This document shows positions 11,462 to 22,031 of a stretch of 64,000 nucleotides of DNA, piece after piece. The notes under the pieces are model-generated. The model was not told where the DNA came from, searched no databases, and saw only the letters and a list, made by a program, of their open reading frames with translations. The first letter of the stretch is position 1. Each line of letters starts with the position of its first letter. Origin of the DNA: Tetramitus jugosus (Eukaryota; Protista; Heterolobosea); assembly GCA_937625935.1 (NCBI GenBank), contig OW569363.1, forward strand, positions 248,001-312,000. Reading direction: 5' to 3'. The position numbers and the translations under genes were made by a program.

Positions 11462-14400
11462 TTACAATCCATAAGTGGATCGCATATGTTCAATCTTCTT
11501 CTCAATGTCAGCTTCAGTCCGATCCAGCGCCTCAGCTACACTCTGCATTGTTTTGATTGTGGAGTTTGTTGACGAGTTCTTGAGTAACATTTCACACAAG
11601 TCACCATCTACAACCGATTTAACAGGGAAGTAGCTGCTTCGATATGACAAGTGATCCCGGCCACAGATGAAATAATCAATTGGTTTCACTTCAGTTGACT
11701 GATTCTGCTCTGACTTGAATGACAATTCTCTTAATGTCATTTCCATACTTTGGAATAGGTCTGCATCTTGATGATGGGCAAATGGCATGATTATACCAAG
11801 CGAACCTGTTATTGTCACATAAATGATAACTGGAGGAGAACCCAAGGCAAATGACTCGAACTGCATTTTGGTGACAACTTCTCCGACATAAAAACCGGCT
11901 TGTGGTTGCAACTTGTTTGGTGCTCCGTTCAACAAGCCACGTTGCCAAACCCACTGGGAGGAGTTATCATATGTACTATCAACTTCGTCGTCACGAACAT
12001 TCGGAGGCAATCTGGAGATAAAAATGTTTCCAAACTTATCAGCACCTGCAATTGTATCATAATCGACCGGTTGAGCGCAAGTCAACCAATGTGGCGATGA
12101 ATCATCTGCAAATAATTTGAATGCACCTTCCGTTACATCATACTTCACAAAATGGAAACTGTGTGCCATATCTCCAACATAGATACGATTTCCATCCGAG
12201 TTGAGTGTAACAATTCTCTGTGGTACACAATCTCGCAATTCACACTTTCGCAAAAGCTGCTTCTGTCCTAGTTCATACAAACGAAGAGTGTTGCCAATAC
12301 CAGCCAGCAGTTGGCCTCTGAATGGAATAATAGTTTGAGGAATTCCCTTCACGGCAGTCGAATGAATAAAGTTGAGAGATACCTGACCGTTGTTGTTCAC
12401 GATCTGATAAACTCGGAGGAAGCCATTTTGTTCAGCTTGTACCCTTTCCTTAGGAGTAGGATACAGATTCATATTAACAGCAGTACCAACGACTAAATAA
12501 TTTGGAAGGGATTTGTCAGATCTACGAATATTAGCACCTGCCTTTTGGAAAGTTACCAAGGCCATGCTGAATGCTGCTTCGTTCGTTTGGAGGTCAGTCA
12601 ACGATACAGAATGAATACGCTCCAGAGTGGTAGGATCATAGATTGAAATACACGAGTTCCACAAACCAGATCTTGGAGCTGCACGTAATCTTCCGTACTC
12701 TGATTCATCGAGTTTCTCTGATGTTTCTCCTTCATCCTTCATTTCTGTATCATCTTGCGCGACTGTTTCATCAAAGCGATTGTGGTCAGTCTCGATGACA
12801 ACTAGCTTTCTTTCTTCTTGAAGAATTTCCAACTTTCGCGGAGTGAACTGGCATGGTATAGACATCTCAAAGAACATGTTGCCCAACTCAGCTCTATTCA
12901 CATTCAGAACTCTCAAACTGTACTTGTTAAGGTTATCAACTGCCAAAGCAACGATACCTCCCTCTTGCACTGCTTCGGAATACAAACCGCAAGCATGCAC
13001 CAATGGAGCGTAGGACAAAGGAACCCACACGCGTCTTTGATCACGATTCAACATAAGCCAGGATCTGCTAGAGAGTGCAAGAACAGCATCCTCATCAGCA
13101 GCAAGTTTGATACGAACCAACTGTACTGGCTTTGTGCCCAATAGCTTTGTACGAGTGTCAGAGAGATCACCAGTTGTCTGTTCGATACGTGTCCATGTAA
13201 CCATACCATTACTAAGACCCGTAACAAGTCGAATTTCACCATTAGCCTGTTCATCAATGACGACAGACTCAGGTTCAGACACACAAGCCAAACGACTCAC
13301 AACTGTTAAACAGTCATCTGGGTTGACAGATAGAATTCTGACATTCTTGTCTGCAACACAACCAAGAGCCAAGAATCTACCTCTCGATCTTCCCTCTGGT
13401 ACATTACCAAGTGCGACACAAGTTACTTCTGCTTGAACTTCAATCTTGTTAACTTCAATCATCTGACCAGTATTTGGCTGATACTCAAAGTAGATAACCT
13501 GTCCATCACTCGTAACAATGCACACTTGCATTGAGTTTGCGGAAGCATAGCGAATAACTCTATTAGGCTTCGATGAAATGGCAGTATTAAGCTCCCAATT
13601 CGATGTACGACCATCAAGATGGAACAGATACACTCCGTTAGGATGCACCTGCAAAAATGCATCTCTATTATTACCCATACCACCTCTCGCCAAAATCGAT
13701 GCAGTGTTTACCATGAACCCACTATCATGAACCTCATCTACACTTTCTCCAATAGAGAGAACCATTGTGAATTGTGCAAACGAAATTAGGATGTACTTAT
13801 CGAACAAGAAGCCACTTTCTTCATTTCTTGCCTCAATAGTAAAAACGCGAGTACTGAGATGACTCAGAGGAGAAATAGCCAATTCATGAACTGGTGTACC
13901 GTGTCTCAAAATACGGATTGAGGATCTTTCAGCACGACCGCAGAGTGCATATATTTGTGGTTGGTTTTCACCAAGCAAGTCAGTCATTTTAAAATCGATA
14001 AATGGTGCACATGAAGACAACTCTTGAACCTTCAACAAATTCTTCAGTGGTCTCGGATTGAACAAAGGTATTGTGTTCATGACTTGCTTATCGTCACAGA
14101 GCTGCATTTCTGCTACAATAACATCCTCATTCTCATCTCCTACACCCTTGAATCGATAGAAGCTGTGATTTCCAAACTCTGATGCTGAGAATAAATAACC
14201 ACTCCGCAACACATTAATGCTGTTCGCAACAGGTGTTGTATCAAAATATTGAACGTTAATGGCTGATACAATCTTTGTGTTTTCATCAAAATTCAAGGTA
14301 ACCTTGTACAGGTCACCAACTTCGCTTTGAATAATGAAAAATAGTAGAGTACGCTTATTCTTCTTCTTGCTCTTGTGCATGCCGGATGCTACGATCATTA

Positions 14401-15244
14401 GTCCTCTTGCAACTGGCATCTGCACTCTTCTAGGTATAGCCGATCTCGTTGGTTCCTTGTTCGCATCACCAAACAATATACTATAATATGTCAAATAATT
14501 TTCAGAGGCAACAAGAATACCACTTGGGCCATCAGATCCACCAGGCACTGAAATCAAATAATGAGCCGATCGATCCACAACAATACTGTGCTTCTTCACC
14601 ACATGATTCAATCCCAGATCCAACTCATAAAATGTTAAATTTTTCGTCACACCTGCTGCATTGTTCACAGTGTCATAGTCCACTTCGAGACATGCAAACA
14701 TTGGATTCTCGAATCCGACATCAACACCCACTGTTGCATACACAAGTGTGTGTGATTTGTGAGCTTCCAGTGGTGATGAGATAGTCAACTGATTCTGTGC
14801 GTCCCTGTTCAACACATAGACAAACTTTTGTTTCTCAACGGCAGAGATCATGACAGCTCTTCCCTTTGGGTCCACTGCCAAATACTGACCAGGAACAATT
14901 CTTCGACAACCAGTCTTTCCAAACGTTTCCTGATGTACCTTGACAAAACAATTCTCCTTCTCATCAAACTCTAAAATACAAATTCGACCACTGTCACTGC
15001 CCACGACAATGTAGTCTCTGTTGGGACCAGGCATTCGAAACACCTCGAGTGAACGAACTGTAGAGTATGTTGGTTGAGAATGAACCTTCTCCATTAAGCT
15101 ACCAGTGACTCTGTACAGTGACAAATGAGTCGATTGAGCCACAACAATCTCATTGACTCTTTGTGAGGCAAGTGATGTGAAATTACCACTGACAGAGTGT
15201 GTGATACAACCACTGTTTTGCAGAGTAAGATTGTACAGGTGCAT
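11462..15244 (-). CDS. SF3B3: Splicing factor 3B subunit 3 (SF3b130/Rse1)
   Basis: Starts MHLYNLTLQ (ATG at 15244). Motifs VHQETFGKTGCRRIVPGQYLAVDPKGRA, ISSPLEAHKS and GRDHLSYRSSYFPVKSVVDGDLCE. Confidence 0.97.
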   Translation of the reverse strand: MHLYNLTLQNSGCITHSVSGNFTSLASQRVNEIVVAQSTHLSLYRVTGSLMEKVHSQPTYSTVRSLEVFRMPGPNRDYIVVGSDSGRICILEFDEKENCFVKVHQETFGKTGCRRIVPGQYLAVDPKGRAVMISAVEKQKFVYVLNRDAQNQLTISSPLEAHKSHTLVYATVGVDVGFENPMFACLEVDYDTVNNAAGVTKNLTFYELDLGLNHVVKKHSIVVDRSAHYLISVPGGSDGPSGILVASENYLTYYSILFGDANKEPTRSAIPRRVQMPVARGLMIVASGMHKSKKKNKRTLLFFIIQSEVGDLYKVTLNFDENTKIVSAINVQYFDTTPVANSINVLRSGYLFSASEFGNHSFYRFKGVGDENEDVIVAEMQLCDDKQVMNTIPLFNPRPLKNLLKVQELSSCAPFIDFKMTDLLGENQPQIYALCGRAERSSIRILRHGTPVHELAISPLSHLSTRVFTIEARNEESGFLFDKYILISFAQFTMVLSIGESVDEVHDSGFMVNTASILARGGMGNNRDAFLQVHPNGVYLFHLDGRTSNWELNTAISSKPNRVIRYASANSMQVCIVTSDGQVIYFEYQPNTGQMIEVNKIEVQAEVTCVALGNVPEGRSRGRFLALGCVADKNVRILSVNPDDCLTVVSRLACVSEPESVVIDEQANGEIRLVTGLSNGMVTWTRIEQTTGDLSDTRTKLLGTKPVQLVRIKLAADEDAVLALSSRSWLMLNRDQRRVWVPLSYAPLVHACGLYSEAVQEGGIVALAVDNLNKYSLRVLNVNRAELGNMFFEMSIPCQFTPRKLEILQEERKLVVIETDHNRFDETVAQDDTEMKDEGETSEKLDESEYGRLRAAPRSGLWNSCISIYDPTTLERIHSVSLTDLQTNEAAFSMALVTFQKAGANIRRSDKSLPNYLVVGTAVNMNLYPTPKERVQAEQNGFLRVYQIVNNNGQVSLNFIHSTAVKGIPQTIIPFRGQLLAGIGNTLRLYELGQKQLLRKCELRDCVPQRIVTLNSDGNRIYVGDMAHSFHFVKYDVTEGAFKLFADDSSPHWLTCAQPVDYDTIAGADKFGNIFISRLPPNVRDDEVDSTYDNSSQWVWQRGLLNGAPNKLQPQAGFYVGEVVTKMQFESFALGSPPVIIYVTITGSLGIIMPFAHHQDADLFQSMEMTLRELSFKSEQNQSTEVKPIDYFICGRDHLSYRSSYFPVKSVVDGDLCEMLLKNSSTNSTIKTMQSVAEALDRTEADIEKKIEHMRSTYGL

Positions 15245-15630
15245 GGTGTGATTGCGCAATAATTCGTGTTGAATAGGTTTTCACTGCAAACTGACGCTCT
15301 TTGATGATCACAACAAAAATTTTCGGCGAACAAGAAAAAAAAAACAACGACAAGAGTTTTTGTAATTTAGCATAGTTCAGCAAAATGGTTGAACATGGAA
15401 GAGGGTGGTGCTTACTTCGTAAAGATGGTTGAGATCTAAAGTTTTGTCATTGTAGTGTTCTTCTACTACAGTTCTTAGTAAGAACAGTTGCAACTGTTGT
15501 AGCTACGAGGGCTTCACCACCAACACACCCAAAATAGTTTGTTCAACAATTTGGTCCTACACCAAAACAAAAACTGCAACAACAACAGAAACCACTCAGA
15601 TCTTAAAAAGCCACCTGAACAACAAACATC

Positions 15631-16242
15631 ATGGACCCAGATGCATACACGGACATGGACTATCAAAGAGTCATGCAACACATTGCCTCCAGTACCCCAG
15701 AAGCAAGAGCTCTTAGCTTCACTCTGAACCTCAACTCTGAAATCGATGAGCCAAAAGCTGATTGCTTGAATCAATTGGACAATCATACGATTCAGCACCT
15801 ATTGACCAACAGCAGATCAATTGCAAGTGCACCACTGGTAAGTGATCTGTATTTGGAGTCTTCCTCTGACGAACAACTCCTGTTGTCCATACCTTTCAAA
15901 AACAAGGTCAATATCCGAACCATTGCGTTCTGGGCACCTGACTCGGAAGAATGCCCAAGCACGATCAAGCTCTATGTCAACAAAAGTATGGATTTTGATG
16001 ACACGGATGATGCCAAACCAACAGAGACAATTCATTTGAAGAGAGAAGATGCTGTCATTGGAAAGGAACACACTCTCAAATTCATCAACTTTAGAAATGT
16101 TGTTTCGTTGTGCGTGTTCGTTGCAGACAATCATGGTGCAGAGACATCGATCCTTCAAAGGATCAAACTGATTGGCTCTATTACCACTGATCGATCCAAA
16201 GAGAAGCTGACAGAGGTGAATCATATGCAAAGGGAAATTTAA
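15631..16242 (+). CDS. Stand-alone PITH-domain protein (PITHD1/TXNL1-like)
   Basis: Motifs CLNQ, LESSSDEQLLLSIPF, PSTIKLYVN and FRNVVSLCVFVADNHG. Confidence 0.85.
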   Translation: MDPDAYTDMDYQRVMQHIASSTPEARALSFTLNLNSEIDEPKADCLNQLDNHTIQHLLTNSRSIASAPLVSDLYLESSSDEQLLLSIPFKNKVNIRTIAFWAPDSEECPSTIKLYVNKSMDFDDTDDAKPTETIHLKREDAVIGKEHTLKFINFRNVVSLCVFVADNHGAETSILQRIKLIGSITTDRSKEKLTEVNHMQREI

Positions 16243-16710
16243 TTTGTGCCATGAAGCAATAAAATAAAGGGAACGATGAACACAAATACAATCAACAAAG
16301 GTTTGTTGTTTTGCATGTGAGTTCACTATGAGTGTGTCAAAGAGTTGGATTGGCACGAGTCAACAAAACGATCAACGTAACGAATACACAGAGTCGTGTG
16401 ATTTGTATCGTACAAACCCTACAGCTTATGTAGGGTTTTATTTGTTGTATTGGATACATGGGAATCATTCTTTCTCCATCTCCAAATCTCTATCCATCTC
16501 AGTTGTTTTTTTAATATGACACAATCCGGAGAGAGGACATCAATTGCTCTTCTTGTGTGGCAGTCAGCCAAAAAAAACACCAGAACTCTAGTGCCTTGTT
16601 TGCTGTCCACCACCATCTTGTGAGCAATTGCTGTGTTTCTCTCTCTGTTCAAATCCCTGACCTTCTACGTCTTCTCCTTTTATCTCTCTCAAAAAAAAAA
16701 GGAATCACAC

Positions 16711-17967
16711 CTACAAAATTTTCAGAGATTTTCGTATAATGGCAGTTCTGCCACAAGAGTTGCACTGGCGTTCATCATCATCTTCCATTCCATTGTCACT
16801 GGTGGTGCTATCATCCATGGATGATTGCTCCTTTTGTTGACGCATGCGCAACAATGCGTGATACTGTCTCTGTAAGTGGACAACTTCACTGATTGTTGAT
16901 GACATGGCCGTATGACTTGTCAAAATAATAGACAAAGTCAATGGTTTCTCCCCTTCGAATTCCAAGTATTCTCTCGGGAGTGCTCTCGTGCTCAATTGAA
17001 TGCTCACGTCTCTCTTGCCTTCCAACAACTCAAAGTCACACAGATCCTTAAATGTCTCACTTACAATTGGCCAAACGCATACGCTTTTGCCTTGAGCATT
17101 TGTAAATGTAACACAGAATCTGACATCGGTGCTAGACTTGTTCTTCACATTGAGTGTGAGTGACATGTGACCATTGGATCCATCGACATTCAACGGCTTC
17201 GTAATGGTCACATCAAAGTGATCATACTTGACTGGCATGGTCAATCGACCAGCAGCAGCTGCTGTAGATCCACCAATAGCGGTGGCAGCTGAAGCAGCAG
17301 CAACTGGAGAGACAATACCAGAAGAACCAGCAGCACTAGTGGTAGAGACAGAAGCAGAAGCTACAGAGACACTAGGAGTAGTGGTAGTTGTTGGAGAGGA
17401 AGGTGGCACTCTCATGTATCGATAGTTTGGCAGAGTACAAGGAGGAGAAGATGGTTGTTGCTGTTGTTGTTGTTGTTGTTGAAGAACAGCGGTGCCACCC
17501 ATGGAATGGTTCATTCTGCCCATGGTCATCATCATCTTTGCACGATGATGAAAGCGTTCTTGTTGTTGAGACAGTTCAACGTCAGTGGTAGTTTGCTTTT
17601 GTTCGTTTTGGTTTTGGAGTGGTCTTCTGGTGGTGGTGGTTGGAGTGGAGTGATTGGTGGTGGTCATGGTAGTGGAGGCAGTTGGAGGTTGATAGTACAT
17701 GGTAGCTCTCTTTTGGCTTAAAATATCTCCTCTCATTGTTGACATCATCATCATGTTCATTCTGTTGCCATTGGATGCAGTGTGATTGTATGATTCTTCG
17801 GCCAATTTTCTTTCCAAGTTCATCACATTTCTCAAATAGTTTTGGGCCTTTAGGTTGGAAGCCAACCTTTGTTTAATTTGATTCTCTTGTTTGCGAAGAG
17901 TCTTGTACATGACTTCGACGTAGTTGATGGAGGAGGAGGACTTTGTGTTGAACTGATGTGCTGGCAT
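16711..17967 (-). CDS. Hypothetical protein with N-terminal coiled coil, Q/T/M/S low-complexity middle and a beta-rich C-terminal domain
   Basis: 418-aa ATG-started ORF preceded by the CAA-rich leader typical of genes in this window. Family not recognised. Confidence 0.7.
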   Translation of the reverse strand: MPAHQFNTKSSSSINYVEVMYKTLRKQENQIKQRLASNLKAQNYLRNVMNLERKLAEESYNHTASNGNRMNMMMMSTMRGDILSQKRATMYYQPPTASTTMTTTNHSTPTTTTRRPLQNQNEQKQTTTDVELSQQQERFHHRAKMMMTMGRMNHSMGGTAVLQQQQQQQQQPSSPPCTLPNYRYMRVPPSSPTTTTTPSVSVASASVSTTSAAGSSGIVSPVAAASAATAIGGSTAAAAGRLTMPVKYDHFDVTITKPLNVDGSNGHMSLTLNVKNKSSTDVRFCVTFTNAQGKSVCVWPIVSETFKDLCDFELLEGKRDVSIQLSTRALPREYLEFEGEKPLTLSIILTSHTAMSSTISEVVHLQRQYHALLRMRQQKEQSSMDDSTTSDNGMEDDDERQCNSCGRTAIIRKSLKIL

Positions 17968-18758
17968 ATTGTGTTGTTAGGGTTTTTTTTTGTTGTTGTT
18001 GGTGTGTGTTGGATGGGTTGGGATTGAGACTTTAGAGATGAAAACTATGAATGACGAATGACAGTGACGATTGAAACTTTTAAGCTAGAATTGTTGTTGG
18101 TTGTTGGTTGTTGTTGTTGGTTGTTGTTATGAAAGCCTTTTTGCTTTTGTTGTTGTTGTTTTGGATCAGACGAGCTGTTTGGTGGTTCTTTTTTTTATTG
18201 TTGTTGGTCGTGTTGTTGATTGATTTTGAAGGTGGCAGGTTCAAAAGAATTTTTGTCGGTTGTTTATGTGCAGGCTGAAATTGCCTGTCTCTTGCACATG
18301 TTGGAAGAAGTCGTGGACACGAGTTCTGCCGCGATTTTCATGTTCAAAAATAAATCGCTAGCTTCAAATTTGAGGTGCACGGAGTTCAAATCGCATCATC
18401 GTTGCGTAATGGGAATCGAGTTCAAAGCTGGCATAGACATTGGTTGCTTGACGTAACAGATTCAACTCGTTCGTGGGAGTTCTTGGTCACCAACTTCTCA
18501 TATCATGTAGTTCTCAGGACTGTTTTTGTGAGGAATAGCAGGTGTTGTAAGCAATTTCATCGATGTGTCTTGGAGGATACCCTGTCTCCGATTGTTTGAG
18601 ATCTCGGATCTGCTTTTTCTCACCTTGAACCTCTTCTACTGTCGTCCTCCACGTAGATTAACACTTGTTCCTTTTTCTTTGAATCGCTTACAATCTTCGG
18701 GGAAATGTTACAAAACAGGTGTTGTATTGACTTCAGGTAGTGTGTCAAAATTGTTGAA

Positions 18759-21700
18759 TCAATTTTCAGTTCCGAGATTTTTTTCGTAGTTGCATAATGC
18801 ATCAGCAATGGATAGCTTGTTGAACTCAACTGCCCAAGCGATGAGATCTCTTACGAAAAGTCTTTCGCTTTGAACATTGTAAAACTTTAAGGACTGTATC
18901 TTGTTGAGAACAAGTGACACATTATCTGGCGCATTGATTGTCATGCTATCGACAGCGGCAAGGGAGCTACTCTTGAGTCTCCTGGATTTTAAGTTCCACT
19001 GTTGATTGAGTATTGACACATTGCGCTCCTTGAAAATAGAAAGGATCTCATTCCTAATTAGCATTTGTCTTTCGTCCATTGCTGCCACTAGTGTCGTTAA
19101 TGCTACAGTCCTTTCAAACACCTTGTTCAGAATCTTATCAGGTAAGGACTTCATGACAAGTGTCACTTCTGGATCATTGTTATTGACCATGGTGATAACC
19201 AATTCTTGTTGACGAGCCTTGTCGTACCGCTCAGTGCGTGCAATCTTTCTCCGCTTCTCTCCATCGGCTCCAATTGAAATTGTGGAATATCCATCTGAAG
19301 CAGAAGGTGAAGCTGCATTCGTGATACCATCCATGGCAGCTGTGTCCAGAGGTATGCCTAATGGACTCTGAACTTCACTGCTTGCTAAATTATTTACAGC
19401 GGCATTTTCATTTGATTTGAGGTCTTGTGCCTCCTGCTCCTCTTTCATCTCCATAATTTCCATTTCATCTCCCAACAAAGCAGCATTTCCATCCTCTTGT
19501 CCATGTTGCTGCTTGCTGATGCTGCCTCTCCGACTCGAAGGAGATCTGCTTCGTCGCTTCCGTTTCTCAAATGGACTTCCAAAGTTAACTTGGTTTGGAT
19601 TCTTGGATTCAGCGAGTGGATCTCTCAATATTTGTCTCCTTCGGATTACCTCATCAAAGTTACCCATGAGATGAATTGGAACACTGTGTTTTTGAATCTC
19701 TTGCTTTGAATATTGATTCATCATTGCAATGTCAGACACCTGCCTAAGTTTTGATGATTTTTCATTGAGCTTAGACAGTATACTCTTATTGTGGTACAGA
19801 TGGGAGCTCATTTGTCTCAACTGCTGTAACAAGCTCGACCGACTGACATCGAATGGATTCTTGTGTACCATCATTTGACTCGTGAACACTGCAGTGTTGG
19901 TACCTGTGGAGAATGGAGATGAAGTTTTAGTTGTGTCTGTACTGCCTACGTTCTGTTCATCACCATCCTCCGGGCTGGAAGCAGGGGATGATGTGGAATC
20001 ATCATTGGAATTTGTTGAAGCATTCGGCTCTGCATGAAATGAAGAGCGATGAAGCAATGATCGAAAATCATTATCGGACTCCTTGGATTCTACGCTCTTT
20101 GCCAAGTTGGACACTCTGACAGAGCTGATTGTGGATGCTTGGACATTGTTTTGCTGTTGCATAATACTAGCAAGCTTCTCATTTTCCATTTTCTCTTCCT
20201 TCTTCATCTTTTTCAAGAATGCAGTGAGCGAGTATGGCAGAGATCCATCAATGTGATCTGGGAAGAATACGACAGACATGTTGTTGTATCTCTTGAGTGC
20301 GATCTTCAGTGGATTGATATAGTAGGGAGGCAATCTCTGAACATATTTCTCAAAGTTCTGCTTCCATTGATTGGTTGGTTTCATCTTGTGATTATGTATC
20401 AGTTCGTCCATCAAGTAGAAGAACCGAGGGAAATTATAGGGCAGTACATAGAGGAACACGCGATAGTTTTGAGGATCAGCAGGGTTCTGATTCGATGGAT
20501 TCGGTGGCATAAACACTTTGCGAACGAATGCAAAAGGCTCTCCATATGGACCACAACTCGTCCTCACTCCGCTATTGAGAACATATGCCTTGTAACAGCC
20601 TTGTTGCTGAGACGAAGTATTGTTAATGACATACCGTGCCAAACTAGATTGTACATCGATTTCATACGTGTCTACACATGGAAACTTGTTCCTCTGTAAT
20701 GTTTGCAAGAAATCAGTTTCATGATACATGAGAAATATCGTTGGGTGGGCAGCTCGAGGTGGCATACTTGTCATTGAGATTTCTGGATAGTAGGACTCTG
20801 GAATGGGCCACAATCCAACGGCTTGTTGTTGCTGAGGAGCCAATGGCACGTACAGGATCGTTCTCTGAGATGATAAAATTAAATTGTCAGGCGTATTGTT
20901 GGTTGCCAACCGTTTCACCAACTCAAAGTTCACCACAACACACATTTGACCAGATGCAGTGGCCAGCTCTTCCATATAGTGCATAGTTTGTCCCATTTGA
21001 TTCAATGTTCTGCATTGACCACCTGTTGTCTCACAGATGGGCGCAACCAACGAGCTGTGCATATCAATTGGCTTTTCCTCACTTGTTGCGGCCTGATCAT
21101 CCGATGGCAATAAACTGCTGGTGCTGCTATCACTCACACCTTTTATCGCGCTACTTCTACTACCACCACTACTCGTGCTATTACTTGTCGAAGCAACAGC
21201 AATAGAGACTGCACTAGAAAACTGTGAGATCAGTGAGTTTGTGCTGCTCGGTGAAATCGACGGTAATTTCAACAAGCAACAAAACACGCGTTGCTCCCAT
21301 CGAAAAGGTTCCATGGTCAACTGTGAAGAGTATGATCGACTCGAACTAGGCAAAACCAAACTCTCTGACACACCACTCGTCGATGTCAATCCAGATCCAT
21401 CCGTAAACACAATGACACTCGCAGGTTCACAACGATGAGGATAACGACCCTGTCCATACGAATCCGTATTGTACTGAACTCGATATTGATTCAACAAGTC
21501 AAACGCTGTTCTTAATCCGAGTCCCAATATCGTGAGATCACTTGATCCCAAATTGCGCAACGCATTCAAAAAAGCAAATGAATTGGTGGAGTCACTCCAA
21601 CCAATTTTGATGGCTTGTGAGAGAGTGTTGGCACAGGTGACGAGCATGAATCGATCTTGTTGTTGTTGTTGTTGTTGAGCGGAGTGTGATGCTGCATGTG

Positions 21701-21833
21701 TTTGCTTGCTTCTCATTTTAATAAAGTGTTCAATGGCACTCTTGGCAACATCGAGTAAGCTCATGCCATTGACAGTTTTTTGATTCATGGAGGATGATGT
21801 GTCCACGACGAACACAACAGTGGCACTCACCAT
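18759..21833 (-). CDS. INTS6: Integrator complex subunit 6 homologue (N-terminal VWA domain)
   Basis: Motifs FVVDTSSSMNQKT, LDVAKSAIEHFIKMR, DSYGQGRYP, EPFRWEQRVF, WPIPESY and HSVPIHLMGNF. Confidence 0.92.
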   Translation of the reverse strand: MVSATVVFVVDTSSSMNQKTVNGMSLLDVAKSAIEHFIKMRSKQTHAASHSAQQQQQQQDRFMLVTCANTLSQAIKIGWSDSTNSFAFLNALRNLGSSDLTILGLGLRTAFDLLNQYRVQYNTDSYGQGRYPHRCEPASVIVFTDGSGLTSTSGVSESLVLPSSSRSYSSQLTMEPFRWEQRVFCCLLKLPSISPSSTNSLISQFSSAVSIAVASTSNSTSSGGSRSSAIKGVSDSSTSSLLPSDDQAATSEEKPIDMHSSLVAPICETTGGQCRTLNQMGQTMHYMEELATASGQMCVVVNFELVKRLATNNTPDNLILSSQRTILYVPLAPQQQQAVGLWPIPESYYPEISMTSMPPRAAHPTIFLMYHETDFLQTLQRNKFPCVDTYEIDVQSSLARYVINNTSSQQQGCYKAYVLNSGVRTSCGPYGEPFAFVRKVFMPPNPSNQNPADPQNYRVFLYVLPYNFPRFFYLMDELIHNHKMKPTNQWKQNFEKYVQRLPPYYINPLKIALKRYNNMSVVFFPDHIDGSLPYSLTAFLKKMKKEEKMENEKLASIMQQQNNVQASTISSVRVSNLAKSVESKESDNDFRSLLHRSSFHAEPNASTNSNDDSTSSPASSPEDGDEQNVGSTDTTKTSSPFSTGTNTAVFTSQMMVHKNPFDVSRSSLLQQLRQMSSHLYHNKSILSKLNEKSSKLRQVSDIAMMNQYSKQEIQKHSVPIHLMGNFDEVIRRRQILRDPLAESKNPNQVNFGSPFEKRKRRSRSPSSRRGSISKQQHGQEDGNAALLGDEMEIMEMKEEQEAQDLKSNENAAVNNLASSEVQSPLGIPLDTAAMDGITNAASPSASDGYSTISIGADGEKRRKIARTERYDKARQQELVITMVNNNDPEVTLVMKSLPDKILNKVFERTVALTTLVAAMDERQMLIRNEILSIFKERNVSILNQQWNLKSRRLKSSSLAAVDSMTINAPDNVSLVLNKIQSLKFYNVQSERLFVRDLIAWAVEFNKLSIADALCNYEKNLGTEN

Positions 21834-22031
21834 TTCTGATTGTGTGAATGACGAATGATCGTGATGGTGATTGTGTTGTTTGATGTGCTGCTTGTTTTTT
21901 GCTCCTCATTGTGGGAGAGAAAAATCGAAGAATAAAAAATTTTTCTGCTCACGATTTTTATTTAGGCCTAAATTTGATGTCATGCAACCCATCCATTGTT
22001 CTTCTTGTTCTCATCGTGCATGTGTGGTCGT

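Noticed and set aside
18340-18430. GGAGTTCAAATC as a tRNA T-arm or B-box
   Set aside because: I could not build a cloverleaf, acceptor stem or A-box around it.
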